Shown: in pieces, positions 32,006 to 42,815 of the stretch | Position numbering within the stretch: the stretch's first letter is position 1 | Layout: each line of letters opens with the position of its first letter | Source of the DNA: an uncultured archaeon | GTDB taxonomy: Archaea; Thermoproteota; EX4484-205; JAAOZP01 | Reading direction: 5' to 3' | NCBI GenBank assembly: GCA_938045545.1 | Contig: CALIBN010000015.1 | Coordinates: 1-64,000 of the forward strand | DNA: 64,000 nt | The notes under the pieces: model-generated | What the model was told of the DNA's origin: nothing | The model's input: only the letters and a program-made list of their open reading frames with translations | Databases searched by the model: none | Position numbers and translations under genes: made by a program

Positions 32006-32908
32006 TTATAGGCATGAAGCTATTTTGCTTAAAGAGGCTTCAGCATCTTTTAAGCCCAATTCAAAAACTATTGGGCCGGTGAACACCGTCTCTTTCAAAA
32101 CTTTGAAAAAACTTTCAATGTTAAGGTCTCCAGCCCCCAAGGGTAAATGATCCCTGACAACCAGCCTACCTTCCTCGACTCGCCTGTAGGCGTCGTGAAG
32201 ATGTATTTCTCCAAGTCTCCCCGAACATTTTTTAAGAGCATCGTCAACGCTTACATCCCCGGAGTACCCGGCGAGAATATGGCCTGTGTCTATGCAGATC
32301 GACGTGTCGAACCTCTCAGCGATTTCAAGAGTTTTCGAAAAAGGGAACTCTATAGACTCCAAAGCTATTCTACGCGAGTCCACGCCAGCATTAGCCATGT
32401 ATGAGACTATCTGCTCAACGCTCCTTAAAGCATTATTGGCAAGAAACTCGAAGAAAAGCATCTTATATTCTTGTTTAACCCCCATCCTGTTGACCTCCGA
32501 AGCCAAGGGGCCTGCTACGTGAAGAACATACGCGAGTGGTTTAAGAACCTCCAGGATCTCAACAGGCTTAACGACCGCGTTGACCGAAGCCACCCGAATA
32601 TCCTCTACGGGGGAATCCAGCTCGATAGACCAGATGGGCAAGTGCGCAGAGAAAGTAATACCCATGTCCCTCATGAGCATCCATTCCTCCAGGTTTTTCC
32701 TTGAGAAGGAGGCTGGAAGAATATAGTAGAGATCCGTGTTAAGCTCTACGTGATTAAAACCTTTTTCAACAATCTTCCTAACTAGCTTAGGGTAGTCAAG
32801 AAATATTGCACTATTCTCCAGCTCTAAGGCTTCCAACACTTCGTCGAGCGAGAGGGCTGTAGCGCCAAGCCTTAAGCCAGCCTGATTCCCCATGATATCG
32901 CACTGCAT
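32006..32908 (-). CDS. AP endonuclease 2/xylose isomerase-like TIM barrel (possibly CbiR-like cobamide phosphodiesterase)
   Basis: SAHLP, YVLH, IALES, CIDTGH, IHLHD, DHLPLG, IVFE metal ligands. Confidence 0.8.
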   Translation of the reverse strand: MQCDIMGNQAGLRLGATALSLDEVLEALELENSAIFLDYPKLVRKIVEKGFNHVELNTDLYYILPASFSRKNLEEWMLMRDMGITFSAHLPIWSIELDSPVEDIRVASVNAVVKPVEILEVLKPLAYVLHVAGPLASEVNRMGVKQEYKMLFFEFLANNALRSVEQIVSYMANAGVDSRRIALESIEFPFSKTLEIAERFDTSICIDTGHILAGYSGDVSVDDALKKCSGRLGEIHLHDAYRRVEEGRLVVRDHLPLGAGDLNIESFFKVLKETVFTGPIVFELGLKDAEASLSKIASCL

Positions 32909-32929
32909 GACACGGGACAGTTATAAGAC

Positions 32930-33226
32930 TTATATGATGGCCTCAGGCATTAAAACCACTCTGCTGGCCTCGTTTAAAAAAGTTGAATGAGCCTTATCCA
33001 CCGGGACCACTCTTCCATTCAAGACTATCGTAAAGTCCTCTGAAAGGCTTTCTGTTCCAGCTGCGAAAACCCTTTCCTTAAACTTCATCCCATATTTATC
33101 AGCCATCTTCTTAACCAGATCGTAGACAGTACTCCCCTCCTCCATATCCACCAGCGTCTCCGTAGACCCGACGATATCTCTAAACTGGCCTACTAGCTCC
33201 ACGCGGATTTTCATATTCACTAACAT
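32930..33226 (-). CDS. MoaD/ThiS-family beta-grasp protein lacking the C-terminal GG
   Basis: IRVELVGQFRDIVG, STVYDL, IVLNGR; ends VLMPEAII. Confidence 0.8.
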   Translation of the reverse strand: MLVNMKIRVELVGQFRDIVGSTETLVDMEEGSTVYDLVKKMADKYGMKFKERVFAAGTESLSEDFTIVLNGRVVPVDKAHSTFLNEASRVVLMPEAII

Positions 33227-33266
33227 AAGCGGATAGCTTTAAAATAAATATTTCGTTCAAAGAAGT

Positions 33267-33963
33267 CTATAGTAGACCGACTAAGTCTGTTAGACTCGAT
33301 ATTTTTGGACACTGTTTGCCTCCGTACATCCCTCTCCTGTCGATTAGAATAGCGTTCATGCCGGCGGCACGCACACCCAGATAGTCTTCTTCATACCTGT
33401 CACCAATGTGCAGCATGTTCTCCATAGGAGTATTGGAAAGTCGGGAGGCAATACGGAATATTTCAGCATTAGGCTTCTCGTACCCTAAATCGCCCGAAGC
33501 CACGAGCATTCCGAAATATTCTAGAAGGCCGGCTTTCCTCAAGTATGTTGCCAGGTTCCTGCTGGAGGAGACATTGGAAACAGCGATCAGCTTGAGATCA
33601 TTATCCCTAAGTTTCCTTAAAGTGGGCTCAGCATCCTCATAGGCCCGGAAATCTGCTTCGGATAGCCAGCGGTGCGCAGCTGTTCAGCCAGATCTTGGTT
33701 CGGGATGGCGAGGTTCGAAACCATTTTCCGGAGCAGCCTAGCCCAGGCATTTTCGTTCCAAACTTCCCGGGTCCTTGCTTTCTCCTCACTCCACCATACG
33801 CACGCATCCTTCCAGGCCTCCCTAACTTTAACGGGCTCAAACCGATATCCCAACTTAAGCAGGATCTTATGGAAGACCATATGATCCTCTTCAACTTCAT
33901 AGTATAGCGTTCCGCCGCAGTTGAAGGAGACAGTTTTAATGCGTTTTTTAAACAATAGCACAT
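33267..33963 (-). pseudogene. HAD-IA family hydrolase; frameshifted
   Basis: SFNCGGTLY (motif I degenerate) and EKPNAEIF..HIGD..EDY..AAGM in separate frames; junction ~33650. Confidence 0.85.
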
Positions 33964-33976
33964 CCCGCTTAATAAT

Positions 33977-34414
33977 TCAACTTTTTTCCTTCCACCAGTA
34001 GAATAGTTTTCTACTCAACTCGTGTATCTTCCTAGCATTATCTATTGCTTTTTCAGCATCCTCTTTAGAATAGAGCTCCCTGGGAGGAGTGAAGGCGCTC
34101 TCATCGCCGTAAAAAGCCGGACCTCTTTCTCCAGCAAGCCTTTTACTCACAATACTGATCGTTTCCAGCTCAAATCTAAACCAATCCGGAAGCTCTCTAA
34201 CACGTGCTATTTCAACCAAAACATCGCTGACATCGTGTTGACGCGGATACTCCATGCCCAGCAGTCTGAGAACAGCCTTTAGGCTTAATTCAACACTTTC
34301 TTGCGCTCTTCTAATCGTTCTATGGTACATCTCTTTGGTGAAGGCTTCTTCAGCCTCGTAGAGAGAATACTCAGCGTCGTCAAGATACCCTTTAGCCATA
34401 GCCTCAGTATTCAA
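33977..34414 (-). CDS. HEPN domain protein (HEPN-MNT toxin)
   Basis: AQESVELSLKA, PRQHDV, RGPAFYG. Confidence 0.92.
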   Translation of the reverse strand: MNTEAMAKGYLDDAEYSLYEAEEAFTKEMYHRTIRRAQESVELSLKAVLRLLGMEYPRQHDVSDVLVEIARVRELPDWFRFELETISIVSKRLAGERGPAFYGDESAFTPPRELYSKEDAEKAIDNARKIHELSRKLFYWWKEKS

Positions 34415-34950
34415 ATTTCAACCGCCTCTCCACGTTTTATATCGGGTTTTAAATCCCAGAGCCATGTCCCGTTTTTGAGATAAACGCGTTTAGCTTTCAA
34501 CTCATCCAGCCTTTTCCTAAGGCTCGTGAAAACAGACTCTAAAAAGCTGTCCTTGTCGACCAGGATAACAGCGTCCTCAACCATGTCCAAGTATATTGGC
34601 CTATGGATTTTCGCCTCCTCCGGAGTAAGAGGATAAAATTGTACCCACGTGTTAACGCCTTTCTTTCTAAGCTCCCTGTACGTTTGAGTATCTCTCAGCT
34701 TAATTAGGATTTTAGCCATGATCTCCATTTTCTCACTAATCCTTTTAGGAAGATTTTCAGCGACGACGAGAATATCCGTATCGCTAGACGGCTTAGCATC
34801 CCCTCTGGCTACAGAGCCGAAAACAACTACACTTATCAGTTTTTCTCCGAAAAAGCCGTTAAGGAGATTAAGAACCTCTTTAACAAACTCCCTCCTATCC
34901 GAATCAATTATATTGGATAATCCGTGTCTAAACATCGTTAACCCTTGCAT
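34411..34950 (-). CDS. Minimal nucleotidyltransferase (MNT antitoxin)
   Basis: VVFGSVARG..SSDTDILVV; 4-nt overlap with the HEPN gene. Confidence 0.93.
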   Translation of the reverse strand: MQGLTMFRHGLSNIIDSDRREFVKEVLNLLNGFFGEKLISVVVFGSVARGDAKPSSDTDILVVAENLPKRISEKMEIMAKILIKLRDTQTYRELRKKGVNTWVQFYPLTPEEAKIHRPIYLDMVEDAVILVDKDSFLESVFTSLRKRLDELKAKRVYLKNGTWLWDLKPDIKRGEAVEI

Positions 34951-35099
34951 TCTGAAAATATTTAAGCCGTTATACCTTATATACTTTTAGCAGTAAGAGA
35001 AAAAGCAGCTTCAGCGCAAGATAGAATAGGCCGACGTAATAACGATTATGAAAGAAACATGCAGCAAAGTTAATATTATTCGGAAAAAACTCCCGCAAC

Positions 35100-35501
35100 A
35101 TGAGCTATGAAATAATAGAGGTTTCGACGAAAACTAGGCAACAGCTCGTAGAAGTAACCTCGGCGATAAGGGAGCGAGTTAAAAGAAGCGGTGTGAAAAA
35201 AGGCCTCTGCTTCATCCATGTCCCCCATACAACCGCCGGAATAACTTTAAACGAGAATGCTGACCCTAGTGTAGCCAGAGACATCCTCAACACTTTAAAC
35301 CGTTTAATACCTGTTGAGGGCGATTACACCCATTTAGAGGGCAATGCGCACGCCCATGTGAAAGCAAGCATTGTCGGACACAACGCGATCCTGTTCATAG
35401 AGGATGGCGAACTCATGCTGGGAACTTGGCAGGGAATTTTCCTATGCGAGTTCGACGGGCCTAGGAGGCGGAGGATTCTAATAAAGATAGTTGGAGAATA
35501 A
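35100..35501 (+). CDS. yjbQ: YjbQ/UPF0047 family protein
   Basis: [37 protein letters not shown]. Confidence 0.95.
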   Translation: MSYEIIEVSTKTRQQLVEVTSAIRERVKRSGVKKGLCFIHVPHTTAGITLNENADPSVARDILNTLNRLIPVEGDYTHLEGNAHAHVKASIVGHNAILFIEDGELMLGTWQGIFLCEFDGPRRRRILIKIVGE

Positions 35502-35609
35502 AAGTATGTGCGCTAAGCTCAGGCCATTTAAATCGCGCACCAGCATGCGACAAGCCTAATGGAAATCTTATCAGCAAGGCTTAAATAATTTTATCGCCCA
35601 ATTATTATT

Positions 35610-36143
35610 GTGAAAAAGAAAATCGTGATTAAAGGCGACAGGGTTCAGGATGTAGGTTATAGGCTCTTTCTTCTAGATGCTGCCGAAGACTCGGGTTTAA
35701 AGGGTTTTCAAGCTAGGAATGTCAAGGATTACGTTGAATTCATGGTGGAAGGTGATGACGACAGGGTGATTGAATTCGTTAAATTCGCAGAAAGCAATTA
35801 CCCTGAGTTCGCCAAGGTGGATGAAGTGCGGGTGGAGGATTACGGCGGGGAAGTTATGTCTATGGACAGGTTTTACCACAGGTTCAGCGTTGACCAGCTG
35901 GCTAAAATAGTGAGCGTGGGAATTGGCATGATTGGAAGACAGGATACAATGATAGAGAAGCAGGATTTGATGCTAGGAAAAATGGATCTAATGTTGGAGA
36001 AACAGGATGAAATGTTAAGAAAACAGGATGAAACAATAATGGAGATAAGAGCATTAAGAGAAGACTTGAGAAACTACATGGAGGAAAGGTTTGAAAAAAT
36101 AGAAAGAGAGATAGCGGCGATAAAGGCTAAGATAGGTCTTTAA
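35610..36143 (+). CDS. Acylphosphatase-domain protein with heptad-repeat coiled-coil tail
   Basis: GDRVQDVGYR..GFQARN; (K/R)QDxM(L/I) heptads. Confidence 0.88.
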   Translation: MKKKIVIKGDRVQDVGYRLFLLDAAEDSGLKGFQARNVKDYVEFMVEGDDDRVIEFVKFAESNYPEFAKVDEVRVEDYGGEVMSMDRFYHRFSVDQLAKIVSVGIGMIGRQDTMIEKQDLMLGKMDLMLEKQDEMLRKQDETIMEIRALREDLRNYMEERFEKIEREIAAIKAKIGL

Positions 36144-36189
36144 GAAACCTATTAAACGGTCTTCATGGGAATATGCCTCAAGGATGTGC

Positions 36190-36690
36190 TCAAGCGATGT
36201 TGATAGTTTCTCGTAGATAAACTAGACGGGAAGTCGAGTACTTTTGCTTTCTCCACGGATTTTTGTAGATCTCTATGACCTCCGATATTATGTTTGGCAA
36301 TTCCTCGGGCCTGCCCATGTTGATTCCGGGGCATATGAAAGCGTATTGATTAAAGTAGACATAGTATATCTCATCATTGTAGTAAAACTCAGCCTCCTCC
36401 AAGTTTACAGATTTTGGCTTCTTGTAGACCAAAAAGGGCCATACCTTGCAAGAGAACGGTTTCAAGCCTAGTTCCTGTAGATTACATAATCCATACTCGT
36501 TCTGAAAGATACACCTTCCGCCAATTTTTCTCAAGGAAGGCTTTACGCCAGTTACTACAGCTTCCGGCATAAGCTCGAAAATCCGTGCATATTCATAGGG
36601 ACGGAGGATAACTTCAAATTTAGTGCAGCACCTTCCACAACCGAGACAAGCCCAAGATTTCACTCTTCTCCAAGGTATTTCCTTTGTCAT
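36190..36690 (-). CDS. YkgJ-family cysteine-cluster (CxxCxxCC) protein
   Basis: CLGCGRCC, CIF, CNL, KPFSCKVWPF, CPG. Confidence 0.9.
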   Translation of the reverse strand: MTKEIPWRRVKSWACLGCGRCCTKFEVILRPYEYARIFELMPEAVVTGVKPSLRKIGGRCIFQNEYGLCNLQELGLKPFSCKVWPFLVYKKPKSVNLEEAEFYYNDEIYYVYFNQYAFICPGINMGRPEELPNIISEVIEIYKNPWRKQKYSTSRLVYLRETINIA

Positions 36691-37048
36691 GCTTTCCTAC
36701 CAGACGATAATTCATGTCTGAAACATACCGGATATAAATTTTAAAAACCTAGCCATCCTTCAACAGAGCTTCACCTCCTCCCTTACATCATTCTGAAGAG
36801 AACAGGTCAGAATTGTCAACTCCTCTTAGAGCAGTAGGCGCTTAAATGTCAATTTATTATTACCTCGTGAATAACGATTGTAGAAAAATATCTTGCTCAT
36901 GTCAGTCTGAAGACCATTGGGAGTCCCCTTTAACACTTTTATCTCTCGAATAGTAGCGTTTAACAAAGAATCTTTATTTCAGCGTATGCTAAAGAAACTG
37001 TTCTGATGCTGCCGAGTAAAGGCTTTAGGATTGAGCCTAAACTTTTGG

Positions 37049-37887
37049 TTAGACTCTTAAGGGATATGGAGAAGCGCACGCTGGAGCATGGCCCAGTTGC
37101 ACGTTATTTATGGCTAGCAATACCATTATTAAAAAGCCGATGCATATAGCTATTTGAATCAAAGCATCGTTCGAAACCCAAGGCGTGAGGCTTGGAGTTT
37201 CAACCCTCAGGTACATTTCAGACGGCTCCTCCGGGGGGTTTGCAAGCTCTAAGAGAACCATAACTCTTGACTCCTGCCCTTCCATGCTGAACCGACCGAG
37301 ATCAATCTGATCCACCTAGCCGCCCAGAGACAGCCTTCGAAAGAAACCCAACTTAAAACTTTTGGCGTTTCAATGTCGCTGAGAACAGTCATCTTCCCCT
37401 TGAGACACTCGGTTCCGGGGCCAATGATTTTCACATGGTAAAACCTGCTTGGCTCCAGAACCAGATCGACTAGTGTCCTTTCCTGCGTAATTGTCTAGGC
37501 GTACACTATTGTCTTAAGTCCGCCGAACTCGGAACAATATGCATACGCCCATAACGCTAGAACTATTAGAGACATCGCAAGCACTACTAGAGAAAACTTT
37601 CTCTTCAAGCTGCTTGCTCTGAAACCAGATCGGGATGGCTCAAGCCTCGGCGACTGTGAAAAAGTAGCATAAATCATGAGCACGATGAACATTACTACGG
37701 GTAGACTGGCATCATCCTCAAGCAAGGACACGAGTATAGAGAGAGAAGTAAGGTAAAGGGTAGCGGGCATGATATCGTCCTCCGACATTTTTAGAACTTG
37801 AAGCATAAGCTCGAGGGTCGCGCCTAGGGCGAACATCGTGAGGAAAACCCCCATTAGCCCTGGTCCAGGTAGGCTGGGCCAAGCCAC
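37049..37887 (-). pseudogene. Degraded multi-TM membrane protein
   Basis: Three consecutive same-strand fragments (37495-37887, 37249-37434, 37049-37315) separated by a stop and a frameshift. Confidence 0.5.
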
Positions 37888-38020
37888 GTGGAGACAAGGG
37901 TCCAGTTTTCCCCCTCGCCGTAGATCATGTGAGTTCCCAGGAAATCATGTCTTAGACCAAGGCTTATCGCTCCTTTGGCAGACCCTAAAATCGGGTCATC
38001 CACTTAAAGCAGGATGTGTC

Positions 38021-38347
38021 TCAACATCTGCAGGTTAATGCTCTGCCGAAACAGCCGAGTAATGCAGGAGTAAAGTAGGAAGCTAGAAGCACTATGAAGA
38101 CAAGGAACCCTACGATGAGCATCCTGCCTGTGTTTGAGCACCTGTATAAAACTACTAAGAGAAACCCTAAGCCAATCGCTAGCGCACGCACCCTGTGCAC
38201 CCTTATCCCATCCAGCTCTTCAAAACTTTTTTGCTCAACGCGTATTCCTAGAGACACTGAGTGCACATCGTGCCCAAGCCGTATAAGGTTCCTCGCCAGC
38301 TCGTAGACATGGGTTGAGGCCCCTCTGAAATGGGGGGACAGCGACAT
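38021..38347 (-). pseudogene. Truncated GT4 glycosyltransferase N-terminus
   Basis: GASTHVYELARNLIRLGHDVH..EELDGIRVHRV; catalytic half missing. Confidence 0.7.
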
Positions 38348-38368
38348 CTACGGCAACATAACAGATTT

Positions 38369-39165
38369 TCACAGGTCGAAGTGGAGCCGGCCAGTATATT
38401 TGGTTTTTTGGAGGGCCTCATAAGTCTTTTCCAGTAAAGCTTTATTTTGTAGAGCCGTTATTCTACGCTTCCTCCCGAAGTGTATAAGCATGCTTACCCC
38501 GGCCACCGTGGTCGCAGCCAGCGCCAGCATCGAGTAATCCCTCCGCCATCTCGCCACCACTTTTTTCGGACTGTCCATTACGACTGTGGCGTTTAAAGCC
38601 TTTATTTCCACGTCTCCGCCCCACCCATCGAAAACCTCTGCAACCAAAAGAATCTTGGGGCTTAACTCCGAATGATGCAACCGTGCCCTCAGCATACCGG
38701 CCGCTGCCCCATGTTTCCCCATGTAGAGAAGTGACGTTAAGGTAGAACTCCTTGGTCCAAATAGCCTTAAACGTAAGAGGTGAGTTGACGACCATCAAGA
38801 AGTTTGCGTCATAAACGCCTTTTGCCCCCTCCTATCTCAGGAAGACTAGGCGGGTCAAAGGAGACTCGTAAAACACAGTTCCTACTGAAATGTTTACCCT
38901 TGAAGACTCGTCACACCAGTCTGCTCCAACAGGATTGCCGTATGGAGAGTCTAAAGCGACGAGGTATTGTGTTTTCCAGATGGCAGTCTCGTTCACCGGT
39001 GCCTCAACTATGAGTGTCACGTTTAAACGGTCTCCAGTGTAGCTTCCCAAGCCCTCTCCAAACCAGTAGTCGAAAACTCTCCTAGTACCGTTGCTAAAGT
39101 CTAAGATTCGAGGCTTCACAAATATGTTTACGTTTGAAGACTCGTTGCACCACCCGCCTCCACCA
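38369..39165 (-). pseudogene. C-terminal remnant of a cell-surface protein with divergent InlB-B-like repeats and TM anchor
   Basis: Repeated units (AIWKTQYLV..SPYG; AIWTKEFYLNVTS..GSG.Y; VMDSPKKVVARW) then a TM plus RKRR; frameshifted. Confidence 0.7.
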
Positions 39166-39404
39166 GCCTGTTTTGCCCTTCCCTTAGGCTTCTAACCTCC
39201 TCCCACAGCTTACCCTGACCTTCCCATAGCCTGTTCTGTCCTTCTCTTAAACCTCTAACTTCCTCCCAAGCTTGTTCTGCCCCTCCTCAAGCCTATCCAT
39301 TCTCTTCAATATTTCAGACAACCCTAAGAACCTGCTACAGTATAACGGAACTCCAAGTCCTTCTCAAGCAGCTCGATGAACTCGCGTCTGAGCTTCTCAG
39401 CCAT
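39165..39404 (-). pseudogene. N-terminal remnant of a DUF3782-like heptad-repeat coiled-coil protein
   Basis: MAEKLRREFIELLEKDLEFRYTVAG..LREGQNRLWEGQGKLWEEVRSLREGQNR; 21-nt repeats; truncated. Confidence 0.7.
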
Positions 39405-39414
39405 AAACTGTTCT

Positions 39415-39620
39415 TTGACATCCACATATTTAAGCATGAGGCTCCCGGTTCGTCACCCTGAGGGCTCATCCTGCCGGTTAAGGATGTGTCAAGCCAGCCC
39501 CTGCCATACGCGTATATATAGCCCATGGCCGCTTCATTATGTTCATCGCGCCGTTGGAGTCAGCATCGCAGGAGTAGTTGCAACTTGGGCAATTGAAGGG
39601 GCTGCCAGTTCTGATTCCCT
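39415..39620 (-). mobile_element. tnpB: IS200/IS605-family remnant: tnpB 3' end plus right end
   Basis: Reads FNCPSCNYSCDADSNGAMNIMKR..GAGLTHP* (zinc finger and RuvC-III), then GGAGCCTCATGCTTAAATATGTGGATGTCAA right-end-like hairpin. Confidence 0.8.
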
Positions 39621-40627
39621 CAACGATCAGCATAGTCAAGGATTATCGGGAACCCGGGTGAAGCCTGCATCCTAGTTAGGCTGCTCGCCATCCTCCAGGC
39701 GTCTATGCTCCACTTGCGCTGGCTAGGTGTTTCCGAGCCTTCATCCTTTATCGAGAGGCTTTTCAAAAGCATCGGTGAGGAGGCTATGAGGGAAGAGACC
39801 AGGCCGCCTATTAGGCCCAGCGGAGAACTTGTTAAAGCTGTTACCAGAAGCCCCGCGAGCAAGCCTATTCCTATGATGCCTGCGGAGGCGGTTAGCATTG
39901 TTGCTCTAGACCTTGTGCTCAAAGGGTACTCGACGAAGAGAACCCTGCCGCTGGAAGCGTCTAAGAGAACCCTGAACAATCTGCCCTTGTAAACGTACTC
40001 GATGAGCCAGAAAGGGTAGTGTACGAGCCCGAGATAGTTGACTTCAACCTTCTCAAGGCTCTTTAAGCCGCTGCAGCTTCTGCCGGCCTCAGCCATCGCC
40101 TGCCCAGATATGAACCTGTAGGCAGCATTATAGGCTTCATCGTAGCTTACAGTAGGCATGTGGAACCTGCTCCTCTGAGCCTGACTCGGGTTAAAGAAGC
40201 TTCTACCCCTTACCGAGAAGGAGAGTTGTTTAGCGTGACTGTCAAGCCAGGTGCCTGTGTATGCTGCGAGGATCGGCATGTTCCTGGTTTCAAGATAAGT
40301 GGCCTGCTTGCCACCGTGGGAGCAGGAGGAGTATGCTTTGCAGCTGAAAACATGGTAGGGAACGTTGTAGAGCTCAGCTCTGCGAAGATTAGCCTCAGCG
40401 TTGAAATCAGCGGGGACCCCGTATCTCCTAGTTATGAACTGCATTGCTTTACGCCAGGCTGAAGGGCTCTCCACGTAGGCCGGAAACATGTAGTATGTCC
40501 AAGCCTTTCCGGTTGAGGTTTCGAAGGTGTGGCCGCAGTAGGGGCAGACAATTATCGAGGCGGAATGCGGCGCGGTTATTGAAGCGTTGCAGTTTAAGCA
40601 TGTGACTGTTTTCATGCTCATTTCCAT
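39620..40627 (-). CDS. Zinc-ribbon membrane protein (YdjG-like), paralog 2
   Basis: CLNC..CPYCG, VHYPFWLIEYVYKG..LLDASSG, two C-terminal TMs. Confidence 0.8.
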   Translation of the reverse strand: MEMSMKTVTCLNCNASITAPHSASIIVCPYCGHTFETSTGKAWTYYMFPAYVESPSAWRKAMQFITRRYGVPADFNAEANLRRAELYNVPYHVFSCKAYSSCSHGGKQATYLETRNMPILAAYTGTWLDSHAKQLSFSVRGRSFFNPSQAQRSRFHMPTVSYDEAYNAAYRFISGQAMAEAGRSCSGLKSLEKVEVNYLGLVHYPFWLIEYVYKGRLFRVLLDASSGRVLFVEYPLSTRSRATMLTASAGIIGIGLLAGLLVTALTSSPLGLIGGLVSSLIASSPMLLKSLSIKDEGSETPSQRKWSIDAWRMASSLTRMQASPGFPIILDYADR

Positions 40628-41637
40628 TTCTCCTCCCTAACGTCGCTAACAGCCCTAGTGGCCAGTAGGGCTCCGGCTCCTGAAAAAAGTATGAAGGCCA
40701 TTACTGGAAACCAGTTTTCAAAGGTTGCCAGTAGGGTTAGCGCGAAGGCGCCTAGCACCACCGTCACTATGCTCCCTATCACGTAAAGCATCCTCTGTCC
40801 GAGGAAGACTGGTTCAGAAACCCTTAGGAATTGAAGGTTGTATCCTGAGACGCTTGCCCTATACATTCCACCCTTATACTTGTACACTAGGATCCACATC
40901 GGGGCTAGGAGTATCCAGAGCGAGTCCACGTTGGCCCGGCAGGAATAGTAGTAGAAACCGTCTAAGCCGTTTGACGAACGTATGTTCTCTCTCAACTCGT
41001 CCTCAACCATATCCTTAAGCTCGTCCTCAGCCTCCTCGGGGAGAAGCTCAGCGTTTAAAACCTGCAGCCCAACTCTCTTCCAGTCTATAGCGACAAGTGG
41101 CTGGGGATCCTTAGCGGACTTCGCTTGGTCAACAAGCTCCTCCAAGCCGTATTCAGCAGCCTCCCTCCTAGCCTGGAACGCGAGCCTCATAGAAGTTTTG
41201 AAAGACCCGTTTTTCGTAATAGTCCTTGTCACGTATGTTTCGCTCGCCCGGGGCCCGGCGTACCGGCGGCCGGGAGCAGCTGTAGGCGCGTAGGACATGC
41301 TTCTCCTTTCAGTAACCCTTTTGAAGCCCGACCACTCGCCGACGGCTGAAACATCTCCGACTAGAATCGGCACGTAGAAGCCCTGAGCCTCTATCAGCTC
41401 AATGTCGCCATAAACCCTGCCCATATCCGGGTCACGCCTCATTCTGCTCCAGAAGGCGTTCACCACCTCATCCTTACCGCGAGTCGGAAGAACGAATATC
41501 TCAAGCCTCCCGGTTGAAAACCAGTTGACCGTACCGCAGTATTCGCACACGCATACTATTGTTTCAGGAGTATAGTTTAAGGGAGCCCCGCAGTTTGAGC
41601 ATTTGAAAACTTTCTCGGTGCTTGTTGTTTCAGTCAA
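40618..41637 (-). CDS. Zinc-ribbon membrane protein (YdjG-like), paralog 1
   Basis: CSNCGA..CEYCG, FYVP, APMWILVYKYKG, two C-terminal TMs. Confidence 0.8.
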   Translation of the reverse strand: MTETTSTEKVFKCSNCGAPLNYTPETIVCVCEYCGTVNWFSTGRLEIFVLPTRGKDEVVNAFWSRMRRDPDMGRVYGDIELIEAQGFYVPILVGDVSAVGEWSGFKRVTERRSMSYAPTAAPGRRYAGPRASETYVTRTITKNGSFKTSMRLAFQARREAAEYGLEELVDQAKSAKDPQPLVAIDWKRVGLQVLNAELLPEEAEDELKDMVEDELRENIRSSNGLDGFYYYSCRANVDSLWILLAPMWILVYKYKGGMYRASVSGYNLQFLRVSEPVFLGQRMLYVIGSIVTVVLGAFALTLLATFENWFPVMAFILFSGAGALLATRAVSDVREEKWK

Positions 41638-41996
41638 TGCTTACCAATCCTTGAAACTATTACCCCGACCACAACGATTATTATGAGAGATGCACTCAGG
41701 TTCAGCGGTAGGTTTCCAGTGAGAATCGTCAGAAAGAGCGAGAAGCCGAGGCAGCACATTACTAGCCCCCAAATCAGGTAGTACTTCCAGTCAGTAGCGT
41801 GAATCGAGAAGAAAACAGTGTATAATCCGAGCATGATGAGCGGCAGTGAAACTAGAATCATGAGGTTACCGTAGCCCGTTGAAAAGAGTATGCCATCTAT
41901 GCCGATTGAGACTAGCAGGACGGCCAGCGCGTAGCTTCCGTACCCGATTTTTCTACTCATCGCATAAGCCTCCGGAACCACAAGGCACGTTCTCAA
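41634..41996 (-). CDS. Small 4-TM membrane protein
   Basis: Four hydrophobic helices; overlaps the next gene by 4 nt. Confidence 0.75.
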   Translation of the reverse strand: MRTCLVVPEAYAMSRKIGYGSYALAVLLVSIGIDGILFSTGYGNLMILVSLPLIMLGLYTVFFSIHATDWKYYLIWGLVMCCLGFSLFLTILTGNLPLNLSASLIIIVVVGVIVSRIGKH

Positions 41997-42029
41997 TATA
42001 TAACTTTTCCCTTATTTTCATCAGCGATT

Positions 42030-42500
42030 AAAGAAATATTAAGCACCCACCTCAATTTCCCCGCTAGGTTCACTAATTCTTCGGGGCCAAGCTCCTCGTG
42101 AGAACCAGCTACTCTAGGAGGCTTCTTGCTAACACTTATAAGCCCTAGGAATCCCTTGGGAATGAATTCAGCTCTATGGCTCTCTTAGCCTCGCTCTCGC
42201 TGATTTTCCCAATCTTAACCTCATACCCCATTATCGGAGTCCTGCCTTTCGAATCCAGGATGACTATATCTGCATCCTCCTTCCCCTTCGGCAGAATCAT
42301 GTAGCTTCTCGTCCCTCCAAGATGCTCAGCAAGCATCTCCCCTAGGCTGAACTGTAGCTCCCTGCCCAGCACGCTTAGAATCATGCCTCCCGTTCGGATG
42401 GTTAACGACAACCGAGTCCCAATGCTTATCCGACAGCCTTTGAAACTCGTCCAATATGACAACCCTCCTGTCTCTCAAAAGTTTTCCATGCGCCTAACTG
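42030..42500 (-). pseudogene. Remnant C-terminus of an archaeal ATPase/PD-(D/E)XK-domain protein
   Basis: ELQFSLGEMLAE..DADIVIL..GYEVKIG; frameshifted tail GLISVSKKPP..ELGPEEL. Confidence 0.6.
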
Positions 42501-42815
42501 CCTCATCTGTAGTAATTTGGGAAAAAGTAATCATGAAGTAATTAGACTAAGTGAAAACTCTCTTCAACAGGAAAGTCTTCCGGTTTTCCACCTCCCATAC
42601 ACCAGTATCCATCCCTTTAAGCCCCTTAATTCATTTCCTCCCTCCTCCTTACTATAATATTGGAAAAATATTCTTCATGGAATATTCTCTTTAGAATAAA
42701 ACTTTAACTCATAAGAGCCGAGTAAAAATCTGGATCAATGAACCCATTCGGCCGCATGTTCCCGATCATCGAACTCGCTGGGTCTATTTGTTTAATGTTA
42801 TATGTCAATCAACCA

